From IMG/VR virus record IMGVR_UViG_3300028394_002328, positions 1 through 64,000 of that record: a DNA stretch of 64,000 bases. The stretch is one strand, 5' to 3'. Of the stretch, positions 32,708 through 43,172 are shown piece by piece. Below the pieces are notes generated by a model. It had not been told where the DNA came from. It did not search any database and saw nothing but the letters and a program-made list of their open reading frames with translations. A program made the translations under genes and the position numbers. Within the stretch, counting starts at the first letter, position 1. Each line of letters begins with the position of its first letter.

Positions 32708-33033
32708 GCGACGATGTAGTTATTATTTGGGAAGCACCCAAAATCATACCTCCTGAATTTCGGTTATATTACGACGAAAAGGGTAATGTTATTTGCTATA
32801 GTTGTCAACAGTTAGAAGGCAATTATATTGTAATTGATGCATTAACTTATGCTATAGCAAGACCTGATGTAAGAATCATTGATGGAAAAATTTCAACAGT
32901 AGCACCTGATGCAGTAGTATATAAATTAATGCCATCAGATGATGGTACTGCTTGTGCTTCAGAAGATATTAGCATTATTTCAGACGGGTCAATAGAAACA
33001 ACTAAGTGGAAATTAAGAATTTATGAGTTATGA
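32704..33033 (+). CDS. Hypothetical protein
   Basis: 109-aa ORF overlapping both neighbours. Confidence 0.6.
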   Translation: MSDDVVIIWEAPKIIPPEFRLYYDEKGNVICYSCQQLEGNYIVIDALTYAIARPDVRIIDGKISTVAPDAVVYKLMPSDDGTACASEDISIISDGSIETTKWKLRIYEL

Positions 33034-33973
33034 TATAGTTGATGTAGCTGATTTAGATTGCGTATATCTTAGCTATGATGAGCCACAGAAAGAAGAATTT
33101 TGGCTCAAAATTAAAAATATGATTCCATGGGCTAAAAGAGTTGACGGAGTAAAAGGTAGTGATGCAGCACATAAAGCAGCAGGCGAGGCTAGTGATACTG
33201 AAAGATTCATTCTAATCGACGGGGATAATATGCCTGATGAATCATTTTTTAATCTTCAATTAGACTTTACTGACAAAGATCCTAAATATCATCAAGCACA
33301 GTTTCGTTGGAAAGCAATTAACGCTGTCAATGGATTACGGTATGGCAATGGTGGTATGAGCAGTTGGACAAAAACTTATGTCAGGGACATGCAAACACAT
33401 GAACACCAAAAAAACGGTGATCTATCTCGTGTTGCTGATTTTTGTTTAGATAGTGCTGACAATTTGTATTGGGCTATGTATGATTGCTATAGTACTACAT
33501 ACCCTAACTATACTCCTTTCCAAGCATGGCGTGCTGGTTTCCGCGAAGGTGTTAAGATGTGCTTGAATCGGGGTGCAGTCCCAACTATAGATGAGTTTAA
33601 AGAAACAGTAGCAAGTAGAAATTTAAACAATCTTACTATATGGCACAATGTTGGTGCAGACGTTGATAATGGTATGTGGGCAATATATGGCGCAAGACTT
33701 GGTACATATATGACTATGCTAACTGCTTGGGAACATATTAATGTGCAGTGGTTTGACAACTACCCAGTACTATGGGAAGAACATAAAGATAAAGACCCAG
33801 AGCGTGAATCAACGTTACTAGGAGTTGCTCTACACGATAAACTTGGATTGCCTATGTGTACTCTAGGAAAAGAGCAAAGCAAATTTTTCAAACGTCATTA
33901 TAACGCAGATAAACATAATTTAGGTCCTTTGATTACTGAAATGGATGTGATTCGTAGAATCGAAGGATGGTGA
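33023..33973 (+). CDS. GT-A-like (glycosyltransferase-related) protein
   Basis: 'VYLSYDEP...KRVDGVKGSDAAHKAA...FILIDGDN': Rossmann-like start with a DxD motif; 'QAWRAGFREGVKM'. Confidence 0.6.
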   Translation: MSYDIVDVADLDCVYLSYDEPQKEEFWLKIKNMIPWAKRVDGVKGSDAAHKAAGEASDTERFILIDGDNMPDESFFNLQLDFTDKDPKYHQAQFRWKAINAVNGLRYGNGGMSSWTKTYVRDMQTHEHQKNGDLSRVADFCLDSADNLYWAMYDCYSTTYPNYTPFQAWRAGFREGVKMCLNRGAVPTIDEFKETVASRNLNNLTIWHNVGADVDNGMWAIYGARLGTYMTMLTAWEHINVQWFDNYPVLWEEHKDKDPERESTLLGVALHDKLGLPMCTLGKEQSKFFKRHYNADKHNLGPLITEMDVIRRIEGW

Positions 33974-35373
33974 TGAGTAACGAACAAAAACGAATAAAAG
34001 ACATTAAAATTAAAATAGAAAATGAAGTAGGTCCTACTTTTTGTCTAGCCAAATGGCATCATGTCACAATGTATCTACAATCAGGTGAAACACACAGTTG
34101 TTATCACCCTCAACCACACAAAATTCCATTAAGCGAAATAATTGATAACCCTTCAGCACTTCATAATACTAGTGAAAAAAAAGAAGAACGCAAGTTAATG
34201 TTAGATGGTGGTAAACCCAGTGGTTGCCAATATTGTTGGAACATTGAAGCAATGGGTCCTGACTATATTAGCGACAGGCATATTCGTAATGCCAGTATTT
34301 TTACTGAAGAAAGATATGAGCAGACTACCAAAGGTCTTTGGAATCAAAACATAAACCCAGAATACATTGAAATTAACTTTGGAAACGAATGTAATTTTAA
34401 ATGTGGTTACTGTCATCCAAAATATAGTACTAGTTTTTATAAAGAGATTGAAAAGTATGGTCCTGTGACCACAGTGCAAAATCATCGTTGTGATGTAGAT
34501 TGGATGAAACTTTATCAACGTGAAGATGACAATCCATATGTTGACGCATTTTGGAAATGGTGGCCCGAACTTCGCAAAACACTAACCATTATGCGTATTA
34601 CAGGTGGTGAGCCAACTCTACACAAGTCTACATGGCAATTGTTAGATTCAATTGAACAGGACCCTATGCCATGGTTAGAATTAAACATTAATAGTAACTT
34701 AGGAACCAAACCACTACTTATAGAAAGACTATCTGAAAAAGTTAAAAATCTTACTGACAGTGGTAAAATTAAAAGTTTTAAGTTGTTCACCAGCATGGAT
34801 ACTTGGGGCAAGCGAGCCGAGTATATTCGTACTGGGTTAGACTTAGAGTTATGGGAACAAAACTTTCATACCTACCTTAAAAACACTGATAGTCCTATTA
34901 CTTTTATGATTACATTTAATATCTTTAGTGTAACTACTTTTAAAAGTTTCCTTGAAAAATTTATTGAATGGCGTAAAATTTATGGTTGGTATGATGATCC
35001 GGCTAACCCACAACACCGTGTAAGATTTGATACCCCTTATCTCAGAGATCCTATTCAGTATGATATGAATATTTTACCTAAAGAAGAGTTTATGCCATAT
35101 ATGCATGAAGCATTATCTTATATGAAAGATAATACCGATGACACTAGAGCAGATGCGTTTAGTACGATTGAATATGAAAAATTCAAACGTGTAGTAGATT
35201 ATATGGCTGAAACAGCCTATTCAGAGGAAAAATTGTTACAAGGACGTAGAGACTTTTATAATTGGTTCAATGAGTTAGATGAGCGTAGAGAAACGGATAT
35301 GCTATCTATCTTCCCTGAATACTTGGGTTTCTATCGCATGTGTCAAGAAATAAATTCACTTAATCCACTATGA
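33973..35373 (+). CDS. Radical SAM enzyme with N-terminal twitch-like domain (variant, copy 1)
   Basis: CNFKCGYC motif, 'ITGGEP', N-terminal 'FCLAKW...SCYH...CQYC'. Start 33973 (TGATG overlap, GAAGGA RBS) preferred over 33967. Confidence 0.9.
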   Translation: MSNEQKRIKDIKIKIENEVGPTFCLAKWHHVTMYLQSGETHSCYHPQPHKIPLSEIIDNPSALHNTSEKKEERKLMLDGGKPSGCQYCWNIEAMGPDYISDRHIRNASIFTEERYEQTTKGLWNQNINPEYIEINFGNECNFKCGYCHPKYSTSFYKEIEKYGPVTTVQNHRCDVDWMKLYQREDDNPYVDAFWKWWPELRKTLTIMRITGGEPTLHKSTWQLLDSIEQDPMPWLELNINSNLGTKPLLIERLSEKVKNLTDSGKIKSFKLFTSMDTWGKRAEYIRTGLDLELWEQNFHTYLKNTDSPITFMITFNIFSVTTFKSFLEKFIEWRKIYGWYDDPANPQHRVRFDTPYLRDPIQYDMNILPKEEFMPYMHEALSYMKDNTDDTRADAFSTIEYEKFKRVVDYMAETAYSEEKLLQGRRDFYNWFNELDERRETDMLSIFPEYLGFYRMCQEINSLNPL

Positions 35374-36626
35374 ATAAAGAACATTTACTAAAAGAAAGCA
35401 AATCATTTTGCATGTTACCTTGGGTTCATTTCACTACTAGTCCTAGTGGTGATGCACTACCGTGTTGTATAGCAAAAACACCTATTGATGAGTTTGGATT
35501 TCATCGTCCGTTGGGTAATACTACTAGAGAAAGTATGATAGAAATTGTCAATTCTAAAGGAATGAACCAACTTAGACTTGACATGCTATCAGATGTTAAG
35601 AATCCTATGTGTTCGACCTGTCACGCACATGATGATTTATTATTGGGAAGTTTTCGTTCTAGTTCAAATAAACAATACAGTAAACATTTTGATAATGTAA
35701 TTGCTTCTACAAACGAAGATGGTTCTTTATCTGAATTTAAGATGAGATATTTTGATATTAGGTTTAGTAACATATGTAACTTTAAATGTAGAACATGTGG
35801 ACCTGACTGGAGTAGTCAATGGGAACAAGAAAACATTAAAAATAATATTTACCAACATAATATTATTAAAAATAATAAAAAAGAATTTTTAGAAGAAGTA
35901 ATCAATCAAATCCCTAATATTGAAGAAGCATACTTTGCAGGAGGTGAACCTCTTATTACAGAAGAGCACTATATTCTGTTAGAAGAAATGATTAGGCAAG
36001 GTAGAACGGACACCGTGTTAAGGTATAATACAAATCTAAGTAATTTAAAATTTAAAAACAAAGACTTAATGAGTCTTTGGAAACAGTTTACAAATAATAT
36101 ACAAATTTACGCCAGTGTAGATCATTATGGGGAACGTGCTGAATATATACGACATGGGACAGATTGGACTGTAATAGAAGAAAACTTTTTATTAGCTAAA
36201 AAATCACCATATATTCAGTTACAAATGAATACAGTGTTAAGTTTGTATAATTATAAAACTTTTTTAGAATTTTATCAGTATTTGTTTGATAAAGGGCTAT
36301 ATTCATCAACAGACAATACATATTCAATATATACTATGAGTTCACCTGAATTTCTTACTTCGAATATTTTACCACAGCACCATAAAGAAGAGGGTAAAAT
36401 TAAAATATTAAAGTTGATAGATATTATGAAGTCTATGGGATTTACAAAAAAACCCAACACTCTACATTTAGTGCAGGGCATCATTGATTGGACTATAGCA
36501 CCTAGCCAAAATACATGGGAAAAATATAAAGAAGAGTTTCAAGTTAATACTGAACAACGAGATTCTCTTAGAGGGGAAAGTTTTGTTAAAACTTTCCCAG
36601 AACTTGCTGATTTAATGGGGGATTAA
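35370..36626 (+). CDS. Radical SAM enzyme with N-terminal twitch/SPASM-like domain (copy 2)
   Basis: 'FCMLPW...PCC...CSTC', CNFKCRTC, 'FAGGEP'. Confidence 0.9.
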   Translation: MNKEHLLKESKSFCMLPWVHFTTSPSGDALPCCIAKTPIDEFGFHRPLGNTTRESMIEIVNSKGMNQLRLDMLSDVKNPMCSTCHAHDDLLLGSFRSSSNKQYSKHFDNVIASTNEDGSLSEFKMRYFDIRFSNICNFKCRTCGPDWSSQWEQENIKNNIYQHNIIKNNKKEFLEEVINQIPNIEEAYFAGGEPLITEEHYILLEEMIRQGRTDTVLRYNTNLSNLKFKNKDLMSLWKQFTNNIQIYASVDHYGERAEYIRHGTDWTVIEENFLLAKKSPYIQLQMNTVLSLYNYKTFLEFYQYLFDKGLYSSTDNTYSIYTMSSPEFLTSNILPQHHKEEGKIKILKLIDIMKSMGFTKKPNTLHLVQGIIDWTIAPSQNTWEKYKEEFQVNTEQRDSLRGESFVKTFPELADLMGD

Positions 36627-37856
36627 ATGGCACACGATACTGAATACTTATTAAAGAAAAGTGAAACATTTTGCATGTTTCCGTGGGTTCATTTTATGAC
36701 TACACCAAAAGGCGATGTATTTCCTTGTTGTGTTGGTGTAACCGAAACTCCTATGACTACCCTTACACCTAGCTCTACATTTGAAACTATTATTAATAGC
36801 GATAATTTTAAAAAATTACGCAGAGATATGTTATCAGAAACAAAAAATTCAACCTGCACTCATTGCTATAACACAGAAAAATACACTGAAGGCAGTTGGC
36901 GATCTTTTGGAAATTCTAATTTTGGTTCAAATATTGATGAGGTATTATTGAATACCAAAGAGGATGGAACTGTTAACAACTTTAAAATGAAATATTACGA
37001 TATTAGATTTAATAATATTTGTAATTTTAAGTGTAGAATGTGCGGCCCAGACTACAGCACATTGTGGGCTCAAGAAGAAAATAATAGGCTAAAACCATAT
37101 CATCAAATACCTGTTTATAATTTATCCAAAACTACAAAATTATTATCAGAATTTTTGTCACATGTTGATGATGTAGAATTTGTTTATTTTGCAGGTGGTG
37201 AACCATTAATTACTGAAGAACATTATATTATTTTAGAAGAGTTAATTAGGAAAAATAAAACTCATGTTAAAATAAGATATAATACCAACTGTAGTGTATT
37301 ATCATATAAAGATAAAAATATATTTGATTTGTGGAAGCATTTTGATCATATTGATATATCGGCAAGCATAGACCATATAGGTGAACGTGCGGAATATATT
37401 AGAACTGGTACTGATTGGGGAACAGTTGAGACCAATTTAAAAAAGTTTAATAGCACGGAAAATGTGTCATTGTCTATTAACACTGTACTCAGTATCTATA
37501 ACTATACTACATTACCTTTATTATATGAGTATTTTATTGATTTTGGAATAATTAACAATAAATCAAGTAACAGTTTAATATGTACAACAACACCTGAATA
37601 TTTTGCTTCTACGGTATTGCCTAAAATACTAAAAGAACGGGCTTTGCCAAATATTCTGAAGTTGGTTGAGAAAATGACAACCTTAAATTCGGGATACTTA
37701 ATTGAACCGGCTATTAATTTTACACATTCAAGCAATGATTGGGAAGCACAAAAAGAAAACTTTTTGAAAGAAACATTAATGCGAGATGAACTTAGAAACG
37801 ACTCTTTTGAAAAAACTTTTCCTGAATTGATTACTATGATAGACGGTTCTATATGA
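36627..37856 (+). CDS. Radical SAM enzyme with N-terminal twitch/SPASM-like domain (copy 3)
   Basis: 'FCMFPW...PCC...CTHC', CNFKCRMC, 'FAGGEP'. Confidence 0.9.
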   Translation: MAHDTEYLLKKSETFCMFPWVHFMTTPKGDVFPCCVGVTETPMTTLTPSSTFETIINSDNFKKLRRDMLSETKNSTCTHCYNTEKYTEGSWRSFGNSNFGSNIDEVLLNTKEDGTVNNFKMKYYDIRFNNICNFKCRMCGPDYSTLWAQEENNRLKPYHQIPVYNLSKTTKLLSEFLSHVDDVEFVYFAGGEPLITEEHYIILEELIRKNKTHVKIRYNTNCSVLSYKDKNIFDLWKHFDHIDISASIDHIGERAEYIRTGTDWGTVETNLKKFNSTENVSLSINTVLSIYNYTTLPLLYEYFIDFGIINNKSSNSLICTTTPEYFASTVLPKILKERALPNILKLVEKMTTLNSGYLIEPAINFTHSSNDWEAQKENFLKETLMRDELRNDSFEKTFPELITMIDGSI

Positions 37857-39085
37857 TTATGGACAAAAATTATTTACTAAATGAAAGTAAAGTGTTTTGT
37901 ATGTTTCCGTGGATGCATTTAAATGTTACTCCTAAGGGAGATATATATCCTTGTTGTAGTAATGACTACACAGTCCCGTTTGGTAATACAAAGCAATCTA
38001 CTCTAAAAGATGCATTCAATAGCAGTCAAATGAAGCAATTACGACTAGACATGTTGGCTGACAAACCAAACAAGATATGTAACTTTTGCTATAAACATGA
38101 AGAAGCAGGGCCGCATAGTTTCAGAAACTATAGTAAAGAACAGTTTGGTAAGCATTTTGATGAGATTATACCCACTACCCTTGAAGATGGTACTGTTCCT
38201 GAATTCAAAATGCATTACTTTGATATTAGGTTTAGTAATATATGTAATTTCAAATGCAGAACATGTGGAAGTGAATTTAGTAGCCAATGGGGAGCAGAAA
38301 TGCGAGCCAATCATGATCCTAAACATCCCATAGTTATTCATGCTGATGAGAAAGGCAATTTACTGCGTGAAGTATTGGATCAGGTAGAACATATTGACTT
38401 GGCATATTTTGCAGGTGGCGAGCCTACTCTGACTGAAGAACACTATATTATGCTGGAGGAAATGATTCGCAAAAAGCGTACGGATATTACACTTAGGTAT
38501 AATACTAATGCTAGTAATATTAAGTTCAAAGACTATGATTTGTTAGACATGTGGAAACACTTTAAAAAGATTGAACTAAGTTGTAGCATAGATCATTATG
38601 GAGAACGAGCAGAATGGTTACGCCATGGCACTGATTGGGGTCTAGTTGAAAGTAACTTATTAAAATTTAGAGAATTAGATTATATTTCATTCCAATTGAA
38701 CACTGTTTTTTCATTGTTTAACTACTTGACTATTGGAGAATTCTACTCATACCTAAAAAGTAAAGGATTGGTTCGTACTCATGATTGGTATCATAGTTTA
38801 TACTTAGCAGTGCATCCTAGTCACTATAGTGGTAAGAGTTTGCCCAAAGAATTAAAAATTGAGGCTGCAAATAAAGCATTGGCTTGGGCAAATCAACACC
38901 ATGATGATGGGACATCGTTATCACGTTTAGTAACGGATTCAGTTAACTTTGCAAAAGATTCTGATACTTGGGCTGCTAATAAAGAAACGTTTATGATGCA
39001 CACTGGATCAGGGGATAAGATACGAGGCGAAAATTTTTGGAAAACATTCCCTGAATTAAATAAACTACAAGATTTGACGGAGTAA
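37853..39085 (+). CDS. Radical SAM enzyme with N-terminal twitch/SPASM-like domain (copy 4)
   Basis: 'FCMFPW...PCC...CNFC', CNFKCRTC, 'FAGGEP'. Confidence 0.9.
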   Translation: MIMDKNYLLNESKVFCMFPWMHLNVTPKGDIYPCCSNDYTVPFGNTKQSTLKDAFNSSQMKQLRLDMLADKPNKICNFCYKHEEAGPHSFRNYSKEQFGKHFDEIIPTTLEDGTVPEFKMHYFDIRFSNICNFKCRTCGSEFSSQWGAEMRANHDPKHPIVIHADEKGNLLREVLDQVEHIDLAYFAGGEPTLTEEHYIMLEEMIRKKRTDITLRYNTNASNIKFKDYDLLDMWKHFKKIELSCSIDHYGERAEWLRHGTDWGLVESNLLKFRELDYISFQLNTVFSLFNYLTIGEFYSYLKSKGLVRTHDWYHSLYLAVHPSHYSGKSLPKELKIEAANKALAWANQHHDDGTSLSRLVTDSVNFAKDSDTWAANKETFMMHTGSGDKIRGENFWKTFPELNKLQDLTE

Positions 39086-39087
39086 AA

Positions 39088-40365
39088 ATGCAAAACCCAC
39101 TAGTAATAGAAAATTTAGTTAAGTTTGGCAAACACTTTTGTGTATTACCTTGGGTGCATTTTCATTCATGGCCAGACGGTAAAGTAATGCCTTGCTGTGT
39201 TGCTGACAGTGATATGCCAGTTGCAAACATTAATAATGGCGAATCTATTATTCAGATGATGAATAGTGATGACTATAAAAAAATGCGTGAAGCAATGTTA
39301 GTTGATGAACCTGTTGAAGCATGTAGAAGATGCTATGATTTAGAATTATTAGGCACGTGGACTATGCGTAAAAGTCATAATAAGCGCAGAGGTCTTGAAT
39401 ATGTTGACATGATTGCAAAGACTACCGATAATGATGGAACTATTTCTGAATTTCAAATGAAGTATATGGATTTGCGTTTCAGTAATATGTGCAACATGAA
39501 ATGTCGCAGTTGCGGTCCAGGGTGTAGTAGTCTTTGGGCACAAGAATATATTGAAGAAAAAGGCTCGGTTGAATATGAAAAGCATTTTAAAACTAAAAAG
39601 ATAGTAGTCAATACCGCAGAAGAAATGAGTTTTATGAATAAATTAAAACCATATCTCGCGGATGTATTAGAAGTTTATTTCGCAGGTGGAGAAATTATTA
39701 TTACTCCTGAACACTATGAGTGTTTAGATTATTGGGTTGAGAATGGGTTGACTGATCAGGTTGAATTAACTTACACAACCAATTTTAGTGCTATGAAATA
39801 TAAAGATAAAGACTTACTTGGTTATTGGAAGAAGTTCCCGCAATTAAAAATTTGGGCTAGCCTAGATGCTCACGGAGACGTAGCGGAAGTTATACGCAAG
39901 GGCACAGATTGGGAAAGAATTGTAAAAAACATTAGAACATTAAAAGAACAAGTACCTCATGCACAATTTCAAATCACACCAACCCTTAGTATTTGGAATA
40001 TATTTGATTTTCCTGATTTTTTTGATTATCTGATTAAAGAAAATCTAATAGATGATAAGACAACTAGCCCTAGATTTAATCTAGCAACTAACCCATGGTA
40101 CGCAAACATTATGATATTGCCTGTGTCTGTTAAACACAGATTGATAGAACTGTACCGTGTGTATGCAGATAGATATGAAAATGTGAACATTGAACTACAC
40201 AATGGCTTTAAAATGATAATTTATAATCTAAGTGTAGGTGAAGAAAACAAGGGTGGCATTTTAGAGTTTAAAAAGTTCAATGATGAATTAGATCAATTTA
40301 GAAATGAAAAGATAGAAGATATTATTCCTGAACTCAAAGAGATTTATCAGTGGGCCGAAAGTTAA
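39088..40365 (+). CDS. Radical SAM enzyme with N-terminal twitch/SPASM-like domain (copy 5)
   Basis: 'FCVLPW...PCC...CRRC', CNMKCRSC, 'FAGGEI'. Confidence 0.9.
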   Translation: MQNPLVIENLVKFGKHFCVLPWVHFHSWPDGKVMPCCVADSDMPVANINNGESIIQMMNSDDYKKMREAMLVDEPVEACRRCYDLELLGTWTMRKSHNKRRGLEYVDMIAKTTDNDGTISEFQMKYMDLRFSNMCNMKCRSCGPGCSSLWAQEYIEEKGSVEYEKHFKTKKIVVNTAEEMSFMNKLKPYLADVLEVYFAGGEIIITPEHYECLDYWVENGLTDQVELTYTTNFSAMKYKDKDLLGYWKKFPQLKIWASLDAHGDVAEVIRKGTDWERIVKNIRTLKEQVPHAQFQITPTLSIWNIFDFPDFFDYLIKENLIDDKTTSPRFNLATNPWYANIMILPVSVKHRLIELYRVYADRYENVNIELHNGFKMIIYNLSVGEENKGGILEFKKFNDELDQFRNEKIEDIIPELKEIYQWAES

Positions 40366-41327
40366 TCGCTATAGAGGCTCCCCAGCCTTACTTGGCCGTT
40401 ACTTGGCAAGTTAATAACTATTGTAACTTTAGGTGTAGTTATTGTAACCCGGGCAATTGGGGAGGCACTGACATCAATGATGGCAATCTAGACTTATACA
40501 TCAACAATCTAGATATTATCATTAATCGTTATAGAGAGATAGGTTATAAGAATTTTAAATTTTTCTTTAGTGGTGGTGAGCCCACTGCTTGGCGTAACTT
40601 TATTCCAATATGTGAATGGTTGTACAAAGAACTACCCCATGCTACATTAGCAGTCAATACTAATTTAAGTCGCCCGTTAAAATGGTGGGAGAAAAATCAT
40701 TATTTATTTGATGATGTAGTTGCTAGTTTTCATGTAGAGTTTGCTGATAAAAAACGGTATGAAGAAAATAGTATATTCTTATGCGATAAGGTAAACTATT
40801 TGGCTACTAAGATGTTACTACATGAGGAAAGATTTTGGGAAGTAGTAGAGTTTGGTAAGCATTTGAAAACTGTAATGCCAAACTACTTCTTAGAATGGAC
40901 TCCGCTATTTGATGAAATGACAGTCAATGCTGGCCCTTGGGAATACAAAGATCCTGCAAAAACTCAGTTCATTAATGATTGTACATCAGAGCATCAACAA
41001 ATCAAGCCAAAGCCTGATAAAAGATCAAACTACAATGTTAGTTATAATAGATATGATGATAATCATACAGAAGTGTGTAACAGTAATGAGGTAATTGTTG
41101 CAGGTAATAATTACTTCAGTAGTTGGCGCTGCAATGTAGGTGATGCTATCTTTATCAATCCAGTGGGCGAGATTAGTTTAGCAAGTTGTGGTATGGGTGG
41201 CAATGCGGGTCATATATTAAAGGATATTTCTCGTGTTGGACCTAAACAAATCATTTGCAAAAAAGAACATTGCCACTGTGGCACAGATATTATAATCCCT
41301 AAATTTATAAACAATGGCAATCCTTAA
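40350..41327 (+). CDS. Radical SAM enzyme with C-terminal Cys-rich (SPASM/twitch-like) domain
   Basis: N-terminal CNFRCSYC, 'FSGGEP', C-terminal 'WRCNVG...SCG...ICKKEHCHC'. Confidence 0.88.
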   Translation: MGRKLIAIEAPQPYLAVTWQVNNYCNFRCSYCNPGNWGGTDINDGNLDLYINNLDIIINRYREIGYKNFKFFFSGGEPTAWRNFIPICEWLYKELPHATLAVNTNLSRPLKWWEKNHYLFDDVVASFHVEFADKKRYEENSIFLCDKVNYLATKMLLHEERFWEVVEFGKHLKTVMPNYFLEWTPLFDEMTVNAGPWEYKDPAKTQFINDCTSEHQQIKPKPDKRSNYNVSYNRYDDNHTEVCNSNEVIVAGNNYFSSWRCNVGDAIFINPVGEISLASCGMGGNAGHILKDISRVGPKQIICKKEHCHCGTDIIIPKFINNGNP

Positions 41328-42543
41328 TAGAGACTCTTATCCTAAGATTAATACTAGTTTTGAAAAAGTAGGTACACCGCATTGGACAGCACCTGTTAAC
41401 AAGACTGTTACAGAAGGAAATGTAACTTTTCAAGTATATTACTTTGATGAAAATAAAGATTATTGGTTCATTGACATATATAACGGAAATGCATTTGAAT
41501 GTTACCCTATAGAAACTATTCTTCCTGAAGAAATATTAAGAAAAGTTTACAATAAGGAAGTAATATTATTAATTTCAAATACTCATGAAACTTATCACAG
41601 TTGTATTACTGGAATATATAGAGATTTGGTAGTTAGGGCTAATATCCCTATAGAGCAGATAATATTTCTAACCGAGTCTGCTGATATAATAGAAGAAGTA
41701 GACATTGTAAGACAAAAATATAATTTAGAACGAATCAATGTTGAATGGATAAGAACATTTGAGTTCAACGCAAAAAGTCAATTTTTACATATGTTTACTA
41801 ATCCACCGTTGACGCTAGAAAATAAACAGTATGATAAAAAGTTTTTAAGTTTTAATCGGCATATGATGACTCATGGTAGATTGCACCGCGGAGGACTTAT
41901 AGCATTGCTATGCTCAATGAATTTATTAGACAAGGGGTTTGTCAGCGCAGGGATGTTTTATGAATACCCAACTTGGAATGACATTTTAACCGAGTTAAAA
42001 AGTTACCATCGTGACAATGAAGAGTTCATTCAATTATTAACGACTAATGAACAACGAATTTTAAATATCGGTGATCTCTCTGTAGATGTAGATAGCACAA
42101 TGTTAAAAGAACGAGACAATGCTTATCTCTTACCTTCTATTTCTAAATTTTATGCGGATTCTTACTTTAGTGTAGTAACCGAAACAAACTGTTTTGCTAA
42201 AGGAATAATGCAGGGTGATATAACTCCACCTGGCAGACTCCTAAGTGAAAAAACTTTTAAAACTATTGCGGTTAAGCATCCATTTATTATAGTAGCCAAA
42301 GCCAAAACACTTGAATTGCTTAGAGAGATAGGATATAGAACATTTAGTCCATGGATAGACGAAAGTTATGACAATGAATTAAATGAATCAACTAGAATGT
42401 TGATGATAGTTAAAGAAATAAAAAGATTATGTGAACTATCTCCTAATCAATTAACTGATTTTTTAAACAATGTTAGAGAGATTTGCGAGCACAACCATCA
42501 AATATTATTGAGTAAAAATAAATGGACAACACAGCTAAATTAA
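41314..42543 (+). CDS. Putative glycosyltransferase (GT10-like C-terminal domain), copy A
   Basis: 'KKFLSFNR...HR', 'SYFSVVTET...SEKTFK...HPFI...GYRTF...DESYD' recalls the GT10 'EN...Y.TEK...P' motif. Confidence 0.55.
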   Translation: MAILNRDSYPKINTSFEKVGTPHWTAPVNKTVTEGNVTFQVYYFDENKDYWFIDIYNGNAFECYPIETILPEEILRKVYNKEVILLISNTHETYHSCITGIYRDLVVRANIPIEQIIFLTESADIIEEVDIVRQKYNLERINVEWIRTFEFNAKSQFLHMFTNPPLTLENKQYDKKFLSFNRHMMTHGRLHRGGLIALLCSMNLLDKGFVSAGMFYEYPTWNDILTELKSYHRDNEEFIQLLTTNEQRILNIGDLSVDVDSTMLKERDNAYLLPSISKFYADSYFSVVTETNCFAKGIMQGDITPPGRLLSEKTFKTIAVKHPFIIVAKAKTLELLREIGYRTFSPWIDESYDNELNESTRMLMIVKEIKRLCELSPNQLTDFLNNVREICEHNHQILLSKNKWTTQLN

Positions 42544-43172
42544 AATATGATATAATATATTTTGTAGGTGACAGTGTAACATTTGCGGTGAATCAAGGGG
42601 ATGACCTATATAGAACAGTCAATGAACAAAATAGATTTAGTACATTAATTGGTAATTATTATAATTTACCTGTTATTAATAATGCTCTTCCCGGCTGTTC
42701 AAATGAGTATATATTAAGAACCGTATATACTGATATAAGGGAGTTTCGACGTAATGGGATTAACCCATTAGTATTTTGCAGTTATACCGACATAAATAGG
42801 AAAGAATTTTTCTGTGAAGGAGTCAAAAAGCAGGTTTCAACTATTGATGATGGTAACCGAGTTTTTGATTCAGAATTTGTTAAAGAATATTTTACAAAGC
42901 ATTTCAATTGGGCGTTTGCACATCATGTGTCATGTATTCAAGTAGACGCTTGCAAAACATTATTTAAATACCTAAAAATTGATTTTATTGATGTATTTTC
43001 TAATGTAATTCTTGATTATGATTTTGTTACTTCTCGTGAGTGCTTAGGTAGTATTAATAAATTTGTTGGTCCAACTAACATGTTTAATGGTTGTGGTCAT
43101 TTAACTGTTAATGGTAACAAAGTAGTTGCTGATTGGGCTATTGCTAAATTCAATGAACTATATTTTAAATGA
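42522..43172 (+). CDS. SGNH/GDSL hydrolase-like protein
   Basis: 'FVGDSVT', 'PGCSNEYI' and C-terminal 'GHLTVNGN' blocks. Confidence 0.65.
   Translation: MDNTAKLKYDIIYFVGDSVTFAVNQGDDLYRTVNEQNRFSTLIGNYYNLPVINNALPGCSNEYILRTVYTDIREFRRNGINPLVFCSYTDINRKEFFCEGVKKQVSTIDDGNRVFDSEFVKEYFTKHFNWAFAHHVSCIQVDACKTLFKYLKIDFIDVFSNVILDYDFVTSRECLGSINKFVGPTNMFNGCGHLTVNGNKVVADWAIAKFNELYFK

Noticed and set aside
33973-41327. Classical RiPP cluster
   Set aside because: No clear leader/core precursor, RRE/PqqD domain, protease or exporter; neighbours are sugar enzymes. Protein modification is kept only as an alternative hypothesis.
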